Shown one piece after another: positions 18,071-26,275 of a stretch of 64,000 nucleotides of DNA. How positions within the stretch are numbered: position 1 is the first letter of the stretch; every line of letters begins with the position of its first letter. The notes beneath the pieces were generated by a model that searched no databases, was not told the DNA's origin, and was given only the letters and a program-made list of their open reading frames with translations. Location: the IMG/VR virus record IMGVR_UViG_3300029305_005988, positions 59,096-123,095 of that record; one strand, written 5' to 3'. The stretch comes from a virus. Taxonomy: Duplodnaviria; Heunggongvirae; Uroviricota; Caudoviricetes. Made by a program: the position numbers and the translations under genes.

Positions 18071-18835
18071 ATGACTGATGTAATGGCAAGAGTGCAAAAG
18101 CATTATGATAAAGCTGTAGAGCATTATGGTGAAGAGAATATCTTTGGTGTATTCTGTTATGGCTCTTGGAACTATGGCACCAACACTCCTGATTCTGATG
18201 TAGATACTAAATGTATTCTCATTCCTAACCTTTACCATTTAGCGCTTAAGCCTTATGAAGTAAAGCACTTGCATGTAGACGACGAAATTTGTGAGTGTAT
18301 GCCTATTATGCATATGGTTGAGAACTGGAAGAAGCAGAATATTAACTTCCTTGAAATCTTATTTACTCCTTATTGCATTTTGAATGAGGATTACGCCGAT
18401 CTTTGGTGCGGACATCGCGAGGCTGAATGGGAGCATCCTATGACTTTTGGTATGGCAGAAAAAGTTGCGCGCTATGATGTTAAGAAAGCGGTTATGTCTA
18501 TGAGCGGCCAGGCGCTGCATACTATCAGACAAGATCCGACGGATTTAAAGAAGATTATGAACGGTGCGCGCATTATGCGGTCATTGGCGATTTTGACCTC
18601 TAACCCTACAGCATCTTATATTGATGTTATTCGCGCAACTCCCAAGATTGCAGGTATGCGCACAGGAGAGACTAAAATTAAAGATGGTTTCATTGAGGAA
18701 ATGATTTCTTATTTTGATTATATGATGACGCATGCTGATGACTTTGCGCATCTTAGTAGTAACAAACACGAGGTAGACGAATTTCTTAATCAATTTGTAC
18801 TTCAAATGATTAGACAAAGAATTGCTCTTGATTGA
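18071..18835 (+). CDS. Pol-beta-superfamily nucleotidyltransferase (minimal NTase + helical domain)
   Basis: GSWNYGTNTPDSDVD (G[SG]x9-13DxD); sits at head of tRNA array. Confidence 0.5.
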   Translation: MTDVMARVQKHYDKAVEHYGEENIFGVFCYGSWNYGTNTPDSDVDTKCILIPNLYHLALKPYEVKHLHVDDEICECMPIMHMVENWKKQNINFLEILFTPYCILNEDYADLWCGHREAEWEHPMTFGMAEKVARYDVKKAVMSMSGQALHTIRQDPTDLKKIMNGARIMRSLAILTSNPTASYIDVIRATPKIAGMRTGETKIKDGFIEEMISYFDYMMTHADDFAHLSSNKHEVDEFLNQFVLQMIRQRIALD

Positions 18836-18850
18836 GCAATTCTTACATAT

Positions 18851-18925
18851 GCGGGATTAACTCAGCGGAAGAGTAATCGCCTTCTAAGCGATAAGCCAAA
18901 GGTTCGAATCCTTTATCCCGTGCCA
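18851..18925 (+). tRNA. tRNA-Arg(TCT)
   Basis: cloverleaf by eye: stem atcgc/gcgat, loop cttctaa; T-loop ggttcgaatcc; CCA encoded. Confidence 0.6.
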
Positions 18926-19024
18926 GCATCCCAGAACTAGCCTTAATATATTATGCGACTTGCGATAATAAAGTCTGACATAATATATGCTGTCAGAGGC
19001 GGCAGCGGTTCTGGGGTAACATCT

Positions 19025-19100
19025 GCGCCCCTAGCTCAGACGGAAGAGCGGCTGACTCTTAATCAGTAGGTCCAGGGTTCGAATCCCTGGGGGCGCACCA
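19025..19100 (+). tRNA. tRNA-Lys(CTT)
   Basis: loop ctcttaa; T-arm caggg/ttcgaat/ccctg; CCA. Confidence 0.6.
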
Positions 19101-19411
19101 GAGGGAGACCTCAAGGGAATGATTCCGATGCCCGCTTAGCAGCGAAAAAAGGCGTGTTACCGTACTCGATAACAAACGGGGTTTTGCAATGGGTATTTGC
19201 TCCTTATAAACAACCCATAGGGAAGTCGTGGTCCCTAAAGGCTAGCTGGCTAACCACAACTCAAGAAAGTTCCACGCTTGGCTTGGCGGCAAAAGGTGGC
19301 GGTATGTATGGTTACCGAAAAAGTATCATATAGGGCGATAGAGGGACTGAAGCCTCTATAGTGGAGTTCAAGCCTCACTGTACAAGGTTTAGCCAACCAG
19401 CTTGAATTTAT

Positions 19412-19485
19412 ACTGGATTAGTTTAGCGGAAGAACGGGGCGCTACGGACGCTCAGACAAGGGTTCAACTCCTTTATCCAGTGCCA
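19412..19485 (+). tRNA. tRNA-Arg(ACG)
   Basis: loop ctacgga; acceptor actggat/atccagt; CCA. Confidence 0.6.
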
Positions 19486-19558
19486 TACACAACCGACGGA
19501 CAAGGCTTTGGCGCATGAAACAAGGCGGTGGGATGCGAGTGGTTAGGTTGTGTAATTT

Positions 19559-19635
19559 GGGCCACTAGCTCAGTTGGTCAGAGCATCCGGCTCATAACCG
19601 GACGGTCCAAGGTTCAAGTCCTTGGTGGCCCACCA
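19559..19635 (+). tRNA. tRNA-Met(CAT) elongator-type (or Ile-lysidine)
   Basis: loop ctcataa; G1-C72; CCA. Confidence 0.6.
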
Positions 19636-19666
19636 ATACATATAAAAATCAAAAGGAGAGAAGATA

Positions 19667-19816
19667 ATGAAGCCACTTGAAATTAAAGAGTCTAAAGAGC
19701 GAAGAAAAGAGCGGGTCCGTAACTCGGCTTCTCTCCGCACAAGAGTCGTTGAAAGTAAGAAGAAATATAATCGCAAGCGTCAAAAGGCGCGCGACCGTCG
19801 CTCTATGGAGGATTGA
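19667..19816 (+). CDS. very basic 49-aa protein (bS21-like?)
   Basis: MKPLEIKESKERRKERVRNSASLRTRVVESKKKYNRKRQKARDRR; RBS aaaaggagagaagataatg. Confidence 0.35.
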   Translation: MKPLEIKESKERRKERVRNSASLRTRVVESKKKYNRKRQKARDRRSMED

Positions 19817-19817
19817 A

Positions 19818-20096
19818 ATGACTTATTATCACGGCACTTCTGATATATTTGAAATGGGTACTTATATACTACCCGCCTCTTGCACTCATGTTTTACGAGA
19901 AGATTGGCGTAAAAAAGATTTAGATATAGTATTTTCTACTATCTCTTATAAATCAGCTTATATGTATGCCAAGAAGGCAGTTGAAAAGTATGGAGGTGCG
20001 CCAGTGGTATATCGCATTATTCCTCTTGGTAATGTACATTATCGTGGCGGTATAGAATACGGTTCTAATATTGCAGTTATAGTTGCTAAAGAGTAA
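19818..20096 (+). CDS. Arr-like mono-ADP-ribosyltransferase mini-protein (92 aa)
   Basis: MTYYHGTSDIFEMGTY... and VVYRIIPLG resemble Arr YHGT / YIVEPTG motifs (from memory). Confidence 0.35.
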   Translation: MTYYHGTSDIFEMGTYILPASCTHVLREDWRKKDLDIVFSTISYKSAYMYAKKAVEKYGGAPVVYRIIPLGNVHYRGGIEYGSNIAVIVAKE

Positions 20097-20171
20097 AAAT
20101 TTTTTCATTTTTAATTAAATCATTAAAAGTAATTTTAATATAAAAATACCCCACTCAGAAAGGAGAAGCTT

Positions 20172-20417
20172 ATGGGATACAAAAGAAGTCAAGAACAAAG
20201 AAGGCGAGATGAGCGCACCTATTCTGAAACTAAAACTTGGTATGGTAAAGGGGTATGGTATGATAAAGAAAAAGGCATTTATCGTAGATATTCATTACCT
20301 GAGCGTACGCGTTTTGTAAAGCGTAAATGTAACCGCGCAGTTCGTCGATATAAAGGAGATTTAACTACTAAAGGAGCGTATCGTAAAGTTTCTGAGTATT
20401 GGTGGGAAATCTGGTAA
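20172..20417 (+). CDS. basic Arg/Lys-rich protein (81 aa)
   Basis: ORF+RBS aaaggagaagcttatg. Confidence 0.4.
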   Translation: MGYKRSQEQRRRDERTYSETKTWYGKGVWYDKEKGIYRRYSLPERTRFVKRKCNRAVRRYKGDLTTKGAYRKVSEYWWEIW

Positions 20418-20425
20418 TTCATATA

Positions 20426-20498
20426 GGGAATTAGTTTAACAGTAGAATGACTGTCTCCAAAACAGTAGGCTGCGGGGCAGCACCGTAATTCCCTGCCA
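20426..20498 (+). ncRNA. degenerate tRNA-like (Trp CCA-type anticodon arm, no canonical T-arm)
   Basis: acceptor gggaatt/aattccc 7/7, stem actgt/acagt, loop ctccaaa; T-region replaced by ctgcggggcag. Confidence 0.3.
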
Positions 20499-20603
20499 GT
20501 TCCTTTAAAGATCTTCATAGTGACCATCGGCGCATTTATTGATTTTATAAAAAAATTATGATATAATAAATTGTAAAATGAAAGAGGGAAAGAGAGGGAA
20601 AAA

Positions 20604-20822
20604 ATGAAAGCACAAATTCGACTTGATACCATGTCTGATGTACATCGCTTTGTTAATATTGCAACAAAGCAAAAGGGTAGTGTCTATATCACTGATGACA
20701 ATGGTTTAAAGGTTAGCGCCAAATCATTGCTCGGTGCGCTTTATGCTCTTGAGTTTGATGAACTCTGGTGTGAAGCAGAAAATGATATTTATACTGCTAT
20801 TGCTGATTTCGTTATTCTTTAA
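20604..20822 (+). CDS. HPr-like phosphocarrier domain protein (72 aa)
   Basis: DVHRF (His15-like) and NGLKVSAKSLLGALYALEF vs HPr GLHTRPA / NGKSASAKSLFKLQTLG. Confidence 0.55.
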   Translation: MKAQIRLDTMSDVHRFVNIATKQKGSVYITDDNGLKVSAKSLLGALYALEFDELWCEAENDIYTAIADFVIL

Positions 20823-20889
20823 TTGACTTTTCTAAAAAATTATGTTATAATAAAGTACAAAATAAAACAAACCGCAAAGGAGAAAAGTT

Positions 20890-21024
20890 ATGCAAGCTGT
20901 ATGGTATCTTGATGATGAAAATATGAAGCACGTGACTGTCGTGCGTGATCCTGCTGAGTTAATCTTTCTTAAAGAGCGATTTGATTTTGTCGGTACTCTT
21001 GAAGATTTTATGGTAAAAGCATAA
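20890..21024 (+). CDS. hypothetical small protein (44 aa)
   Basis: promoter + RBS aaaggagaaaagttatg. Confidence 0.3.
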   Translation: MQAVWYLDDENMKHVTVVRDPAELIFLKERFDFVGTLEDFMVKA

Positions 21025-21412
21025 AAACTTCATTGATTTTTAATAAAAATTATGATATAATATATGTGTAAGATAAAGGAAACGGGAGTTGTCAGTCCCC
21101 ATAAGCGCCTTTCTTTCGCGCAACTGACTTGGATATGCGGCTGATGGTTCATGAGCCTAAAGCTGTACTTCCTCAGTGAGAGGCGTTTTTTGAGAGTTTT
21201 AGCCGAGATTAAAATTCTACCTTGAGAGTTTTGGAGAAACTCTTCGTTTCAGACAAAAGAGGTATCAATCACTTAGAGTCTTTGTTCGTATAAGTTAAAA
21301 AACATGATAGATTGGTCGCGGCGAGAGTGGCGAGCCTTATGCGGTGTAACGAGCAGAAGCGCAAGAAGATCTTCGCGCCTTGGGAGGGCGGTTATAATAC
21401 TCCCTTTATGGG

Positions 21413-21486
21413 ACCTTAGCTCAGATGGTAGAGCACTTCTTTGATGGCGAAGGTGGCAACGGTTCGAGTCCGTTAAGTTCCTCATA
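21413..21486 (+). tRNA. tRNA-Ile(GAT)-like with imperfect stems (possible pseudo-tRNA)
   Basis: T-arm aacgg/ttcgagt/ccgtt; loop ttgatgg with 31:39 mismatch; acceptor 6/7. Confidence 0.3.
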
Positions 21487-21698
21487 TGTGTAGGTTCACG
21501 ATAACCCTTAATTAGTGAAAATCGTTTAAATGAAGTCGCGCCCGTTGATGGAGTGGCGGACGCGGTTATTAATGAGTATGATGACGCAGACGATTTACCC
21601 TTGGTAGTTGCGTGGAAGGTTGATAAAAGGGCGGTTAGGGAGTAATCCGAGTGAAAACACCACGCTACTTGATGGGCGTTGAATGCATCAAGGTCGAC

Positions 21699-21774
21699 GG
21701 GGGTATAGTTTAAATGGTCAGAACGGGAGCCCTTCAAGCTTCAGATGTGGGTCCGATTCCCGCTATCCCTACCA
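21699..21774 (+). tRNA. tRNA-Glu(TTC)
   Basis: loop ccttcaa; T-arm gtggg/tccgatt/cccgc; CCA. Confidence 0.5.
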
Positions 21775-21861
21775 TAGCGCTTAGGTAAGGCGCTATATAA
21801 ATCTTCTACATTGTCCGTGAGTGACGGGGGTTGGTTTGTCAGCAATATAATCATTTATTAT

Positions 21862-21936
21862 GGAGCTTTAGTTAAGTGGTCAAAACGGGGCGTTCTCAGC
21901 GCTCAGGCGAGGGTTCAATTCCCCCAAGCTTCACCA
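21862..21936 (+). tRNA. tRNA-Glu(CTC)
   Basis: loop ttctcag; acceptor ggagctt/aagcttc; CCA. Confidence 0.5.
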
Positions 21937-22745
21937 TGTTAATGCCGCCCATCAACTAATAAGAGCGCCGATGGGGAAGAGTTAATCTTTTAAGGTTGCG
22001 CCACTCCTGTCCGAGTGGGAGTATAAATAAAAATCTGGCGCACAGTGCCAACTTGGCTGTGCTTAATGGGAAGTTGGGATAAGGTTTCGAGGGTACCGTA
22101 AACCCTCACTTACATAAACTTGTCGACATTCTGCAAAATGTTCGAGTACAAGGGTAGCGTAAATTCCGTCGAGATTTGTTGCAGCATTGCAAAACGGGTC
22201 GGCGCCCAAGGGTAAGTAGCAAGTTGTCTTACCCCATATGATATGGCGGATGGGCATAGTGTTCACCAGAGCCTCATAAGCTCAGGTTGCTCGGGGCAGT
22301 ACCGAGATCCGCATCCACTATACCTAAAATAAAAAAGAGGTTCCTTGGGGAAGAAGCAGGGACCCAGTATCTCCACCTCGAGAATCTGATAAGGGCAGGC
22401 ATCTCAGTTGCGAGACTGAGCGGTAGATAATTACCGTCTTGAGCAGAAAAAATTATACTCTGTTATTGGAGAAAATTGCAATAACTATGCACCTGAATTG
22501 GAATGCCCCATTACAGCTCATGGGTGACTTGGTAGCGCGGAGGCGATGACGCAAAGTCTTCGAAAGAACAAGGGAAAGCTCAACCCAATGCGCCATATGC
22601 CAGAAGGGTCGGCGCCCATCGACGCCTCATACGCGTTGAGCGCTTGGATCGACACCAAGTTTTGGCACCATAAATCCGAGAGGGGCGGCGATGGAAGTTC
22701 TGTCGGCTCGGCTTGTCTGCGCGCACAGGCGCCCCCATTATATAC

Positions 22746-22833
22746 GCAGATCTGGCGAAGAGGTAAACGCACTCGTTATAGGGACGGGTTATATACTCCA
22801 TTATCGTGGGTTCGAATCCCACGATCTGCTCCA
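22746..22833 (+). tRNA. class II tRNA, anticodon TAG (Leu), A33 in loop tataggg
   Basis: acceptor gcagatc/gatctgc, stem ctcgt/acggg, 17-nt variable arm, T-arm gtggg/ttcgaat/cccac, CCA. Confidence 0.45.
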
Positions 22834-22897
22834 CCTCCGAGAGCAAATGTGGGAGGTTAAATGGATATGCAGTTGACTGACTTAAAGTCGCTTTTAT

Positions 22898-22983
22898 CGG
22901 CGGGTGAGCGGAATTGGTAACGCAGCGGACTGTAACTCCGTGGCTCTAGGGCATTGTTGGTTCAAGTCCAACCTCGCCGACCA
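22898..22983 (+). tRNA. tRNA-Tyr(GTA), class II
   Basis: loop ctgtaac; 14-nt variable; T-arm gttgg/ttcaagt/ccaac; CCA. Confidence 0.55.
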
Positions 22984-23075
22984 TTTATCAATCACTATGA
23001 AACTTCTTTGATTTTTACAAAAAATTATGATATAATAAATATGTAAAATGAAAGAGAGGAAAAAAAGAAAAATAT

Positions 23076-23201
23076 GGAGTGGTAGCCCAACAGGCAGAGG
23101 CAATGGACTTGTCTGATGTTCGGTAACCTAGACTGGGTCAGCACCAGTATCAGGCACCAAAAATCCATCAAGTGAGGGTTCGAATCCCTCTCACTCTACC
23201 A
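23076..23201 (+). ncRNA. 126-nt tRNA-like gene with 55-nt insertion in anticodon loop
   Basis: acceptor ggagtgg/tcactct, D-arm gccc..ggc, anticodon stem atgga/tccat enclosing 55 nt, T-arm gaggg/ttcgaat/ccctc, CCA; own upstream promoter. Confidence 0.4.
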
Positions 23202-23356
23202 ATTACATATTAAGGTACGGGAATAAAGCGGCCCCGCTAAGTAAGAGCAGCTTAGAGCGAATGCCTTGATGAAAAGAATATTCTTTATATTAGGTGCCTA
23301 CTCGGGGAATACAGGTGGTAGGATAAATGTGACGACCCAGCCAGCCTAATATTTAT

Positions 23357-23449
23357 AGTGGGGTAAGCCTAATTGGTAAGGCAGTAGGTTGCTAACCTAC
23401 TAGTAATCGAGTAATCGGTGTGTGAGTTCAAGTCTCACCCTCGCTGCCA
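23357..23449 (+). tRNA. tRNA-Ser(GCT), class II
   Basis: stem gtagg/cctac loop ttgctaa; long variable arm; acceptor agtgggg/cctcgct; G73; CCA. Confidence 0.55.
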
Positions 23450-23621
23450 GCTGTCGTTGATACGGCGACATAAAAGGTGAAACTCCCTTTAGGCAGAAGC
23501 GTATTGGTGGACTATCCACAATCGGAGGTAGCGTTCGTGCACAGCGAATAGTGCAATCGTAGCGGTCTTTAAAGGCGCCATATGGGACTGCGTCTGGTAC
23601 GAAAACCCAGACCTTTGAAAT

Positions 23622-23713
23622 GGGAGATTAACCCTAAAGGCAAGGGACTAGTCCTGAAAACTAGTAGTAGCGAGTCAAATCGTGTGTGGTTTCGAGATCC
23701 ACATCTCCCTCCA
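23622..23713 (+). tRNA. tRNA-Ser(TGA), class II
   Basis: acceptor gggagat/atctccc; stem ctagt/actag loop cctgaaa; long variable arm; CCA. Confidence 0.5.
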
Positions 23714-23864
23714 CTTACCCGTGAGTAGTGGGGCTCTCGGCATCGCCAGTAAATAGCTACTCAAACTCCCAACGGTAGAGCAAATGACCAGAACTAGGAG
23801 TTAAAATAAACGAGACTAAGGATGTGCGGCTGACAACCTACTGTCATTACATATGCGAGTTTAG

Positions 23865-23939
23865 TTCAGAAGTAGAATACCGCTCTGATAAAGCGGGGGT
23901 GCTTGGGGCAGTACCAAGAATTCGCACCAAAACTCAAGA
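23865..23939 (+). tRNA. tRNA-Ile(GAT) with non-canonical T-loop ggcagta
   Basis: stem ccgct/agcgg loop ctgataa; acceptor gcgagtt/aattcgc; CCA. Confidence 0.55.
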
Positions 23940-24324
23940 GATAAAAGGAAGATGTAGGTTCGAGCCCTGCCCGCGCCGTCTTTAATTTGCGCGGTAGTGT
24001 GAAGTGGTTTAACACATCCGAAGCGCACCTTTTGAGTTTGTTGTAAGGAGTCATGACCTTACCGTGACATTGGTTAGCTACCGTCGATTAGCCATGAGCG
24101 CGAAAATGCTCTAAAAAAGTAGCAAACGGTAACTCATTACCGTGAATATTTGATAACCTTTAGGAACTGTAGGTTTAACTCAGTGCTAAAGACGAAGCGC
24201 AGTGCACGGCGCAAATGAGAGGATTGTCAGTTGTCTTATCTAACTACCTAAACTGAATAGTCAAGGGATACGAAGATCCCTCCCCGTAGCTGTTCGCGGG
24301 AGTGAGATTGTGAGCAGCATCTAT

Positions 24325-24402
24325 GGGGGACTAGCTCCAATTGGCTAGAGCACGACACCTGCAATGTCGGGGTTATGGGTTCGAATCCCATGTCCTCCAC
24401 CA
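24325..24402 (+). tRNA. tRNA-Ala(TGC)
   Basis: G3:U70 present; loop cctgcaa; T-arm atggg/ttcgaat/cccat; CCA. Confidence 0.65.
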
Positions 24403-24500
24403 GCTGGCTCAAGATAGATAGGCGTAATTAACCTATTGACAAGAACAGCTCCTTCTTCTTGAGTCTAAAATTTTGAGGAGCTATAAAGGAGTTTATAAAA

Positions 24501-25265
24501 ATGACATCAGGAATTTATATGTATTAGAACAAGGTTAATGGACAGTGCTATATTGGATAGGCAATAGACCTTGCACGGAGAAAAAAAGACCATAAAACAA
24601 GAGCCTTTAATGAATTTGAGGGTAATAATGAGTATAATTCAGTAATACATTAGGCTTTTAGAAAATATGGTTATGATAATTTTGAATATTCAGTATTAGA
24701 AGAATGTGAAATATCTTTGCTTAATGAAAGAGAACGATATTGGATTGCTTATTATAATTCTTATAAAGTTGGATATAATTGTGATGAAGGTGGCAATACT
24801 GCAAGACATTTTTGTAAATTTAATGCAGATATATTATAGGCATTAAAAAATGATTTACAAGAAACAAAAGATACCTATGAAATATTAGCAGCTCGATATG
24901 GAGTGTCCATTGGATATGTAAGCGATATTAATAATGGAAAAATATGGCATCAAGATGGTGTAATTTATCCATTACGGAAAAAGCAGTCTAAAAGTATTCA
25001 ATATTGTTCTTTATGTGGAGTTGAGATTTCTGGAGAAGGACAGACGGGCTTATGTGTTGCCTGTGCAAATGCAAGATATAGAAAAGTAGAACGTCCAACT
25101 CGAGAAGAACTAAAATATCTTATTAGAAATTTTACTTTTGTAGAAATTGGTAAGCAATTTGGAGTTGCAGATAACACTATTAAAAAATGGTGTAAAGCAA
25201 TGAATTTACCTTCTCGTAAAAAAGATATTAATTTATATTCAAACATAGAGTGGGAAGCTCTTTAA
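24501..25265 (+). CDS. GIY-YIG homing endonuclease with C-terminal HTH/Zn module; 4 in-frame TAG (24525, 24558, 24651, 24837)
   Basis: MTSGIYMY*NKVNGQCYIG*AIDLARR...; paralog 45405 has Q where this has TAG (FHQAIRKYG vs IH*AFRKYG); ORF 24903-25265 is its tail. Confidence 0.7.
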
Positions 25266-25280
25266 CTTTCCACCAAGATA

Positions 25281-25358
25281 TGGAGTCGTTAGTTCAGTAG
25301 GTTAGAACGCCAGATTGTGAGTCTGGATGTCGTCAGTTCGAGTCTGACACCTCTCCCC
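25281..25358 (+). tRNA. tRNA-His(GTG) (extra 5' G; 2 acceptor mismatches)
   Basis: stem ccaga/tctgg loop ttgtgag; T-arm gtcag/ttcgagt/ctgac; CCA. Confidence 0.45.
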
Positions 25359-25529
25359 ATAAAAACTGAGTCCATCTGATGCGGCACCAGCGCTCAGGAA
25401 AGTAGGATGGATAAAAAGCATTAGCCCAGACATCTGCGGGAAAGCGCTCCTGACAAGTACCGACCGAAAGCGAAATGCGGGATAAGTGAACAGCACCTTA
25501 TCATTTACATAATAACAAAGGAGCAATAT

Positions 25530-25703
25530 ATGAAAAAATCAATCGGTCTTGAATGCCCTCATTGTGGTTATCAGTGGACAACTAAATATTGGATTTGGAT
25601 TTTGAAGGCGCCGATGCACTGGTTTAAATTTCGTGATTGGCGTGATTACAGATATACTAAGTGCCCGAGCTGTGGAAAACGAGGCTGGGTTAAATATTCT
25701 TAA
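25530..25703 (+). CDS. zinc-ribbon small protein (57 aa)
   Basis: CPHCG...CPSCG; RBS aaaggagcaatatatg. Confidence 0.4.
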   Translation: MKKSIGLECPHCGYQWTTKYWIWILKAPMHWFKFRDWRDYRYTKCPSCGKRGWVKYS

Positions 25704-25705
25704 TT

Positions 25706-25770
25706 GATTTTTAATAAAAATTTTGTTATAATATATATACAAAATGAGAAATGAAAAAAGAAAACATTTG
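25706..25770 (+). promoter_or_regulatory. AT-rich-class promoter driving tRNA-Asp leader
   Basis: ttgatttttaataaaaattttgttataat. Confidence 0.5.
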
Positions 25771-25895
25771 GTGACTGGATTTAGCGGTAAGACCTGTTCA
25801 GATAAACGCGTATCAACAGGCGCAAGTTAATCAGTCTTAAATCAGGAAACTTTCCTTTGGGCGCGAATTGCCCATCTGAGCCAGTCCTTTGCTAC

Positions 25896-25970
25896 GGCGG
25901 TATAGTTCAGCGGTGGAGCGCCTGACTGTCTATCAGGATGTCGAGGGTTCGAATCCCTCTACCGTCGCCA
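25896..25970 (+). tRNA. tRNA-Asp(GTC)
   Basis: stem cctga/tcagg loop ctgtcta; T-arm gaggg/ttcgaat/ccctc; CCA. Confidence 0.6.
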
Positions 25971-26199
25971 AAGTCTAATTTGTTAGTTATCCGAGACTTT
26001 AAACCTAAACTGACAAAAGGCGATTATCAACGCCGCACGCGAGCCTTTGAAAGATAAGTAGTGAAAAGCTGGAGTACTACAGTCTGATACGAATCGTATG
26101 TCATCGTGAGCCAACGGCATACTGCGGGACCTTGCCCGTATAAAACCAAGGAGGGTCAGAAGTGGAGTGAGCTACCGAGTATAAACGCTCACGATTTAT

Positions 26200-26275
26200 G
26201 CTGTGATAATTCAATTGGGAGAAGAGCCGGCGTCAAGCAGGCTAGTTGTGGGTTCGAGTCCCACTCACAGGTCCA
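26200..26275 (+). tRNA. tRNA with UCA-centred anticodon loop (cgTCAag, G33) - opal-reading/Sec-like candidate or mis-parse
   Basis: acceptor 6/7 (G1-G72 mismatch); T-arm gtggg/ttcgagt/cccac; CCA; anticodon stem gccgg/caggc with one mismatch. Confidence 0.3.

Noticed and set aside
22518-22876. Overlapping ORFs (84-104 aa) on both strands in the tRNA array
   Set aside because: They coincide with a class II tRNA and GC-rich structured RNA. Translations are Arg/Pro/Ala-rich nonsense.
23975-23995. tRNA at gtaggttcgagccctgc
   Set aside because: Only a T-arm plus 3' acceptor-like tail. No matching 5' acceptor or D/anticodon arms within 80 nt upstream. Probably a tRNA remnant.
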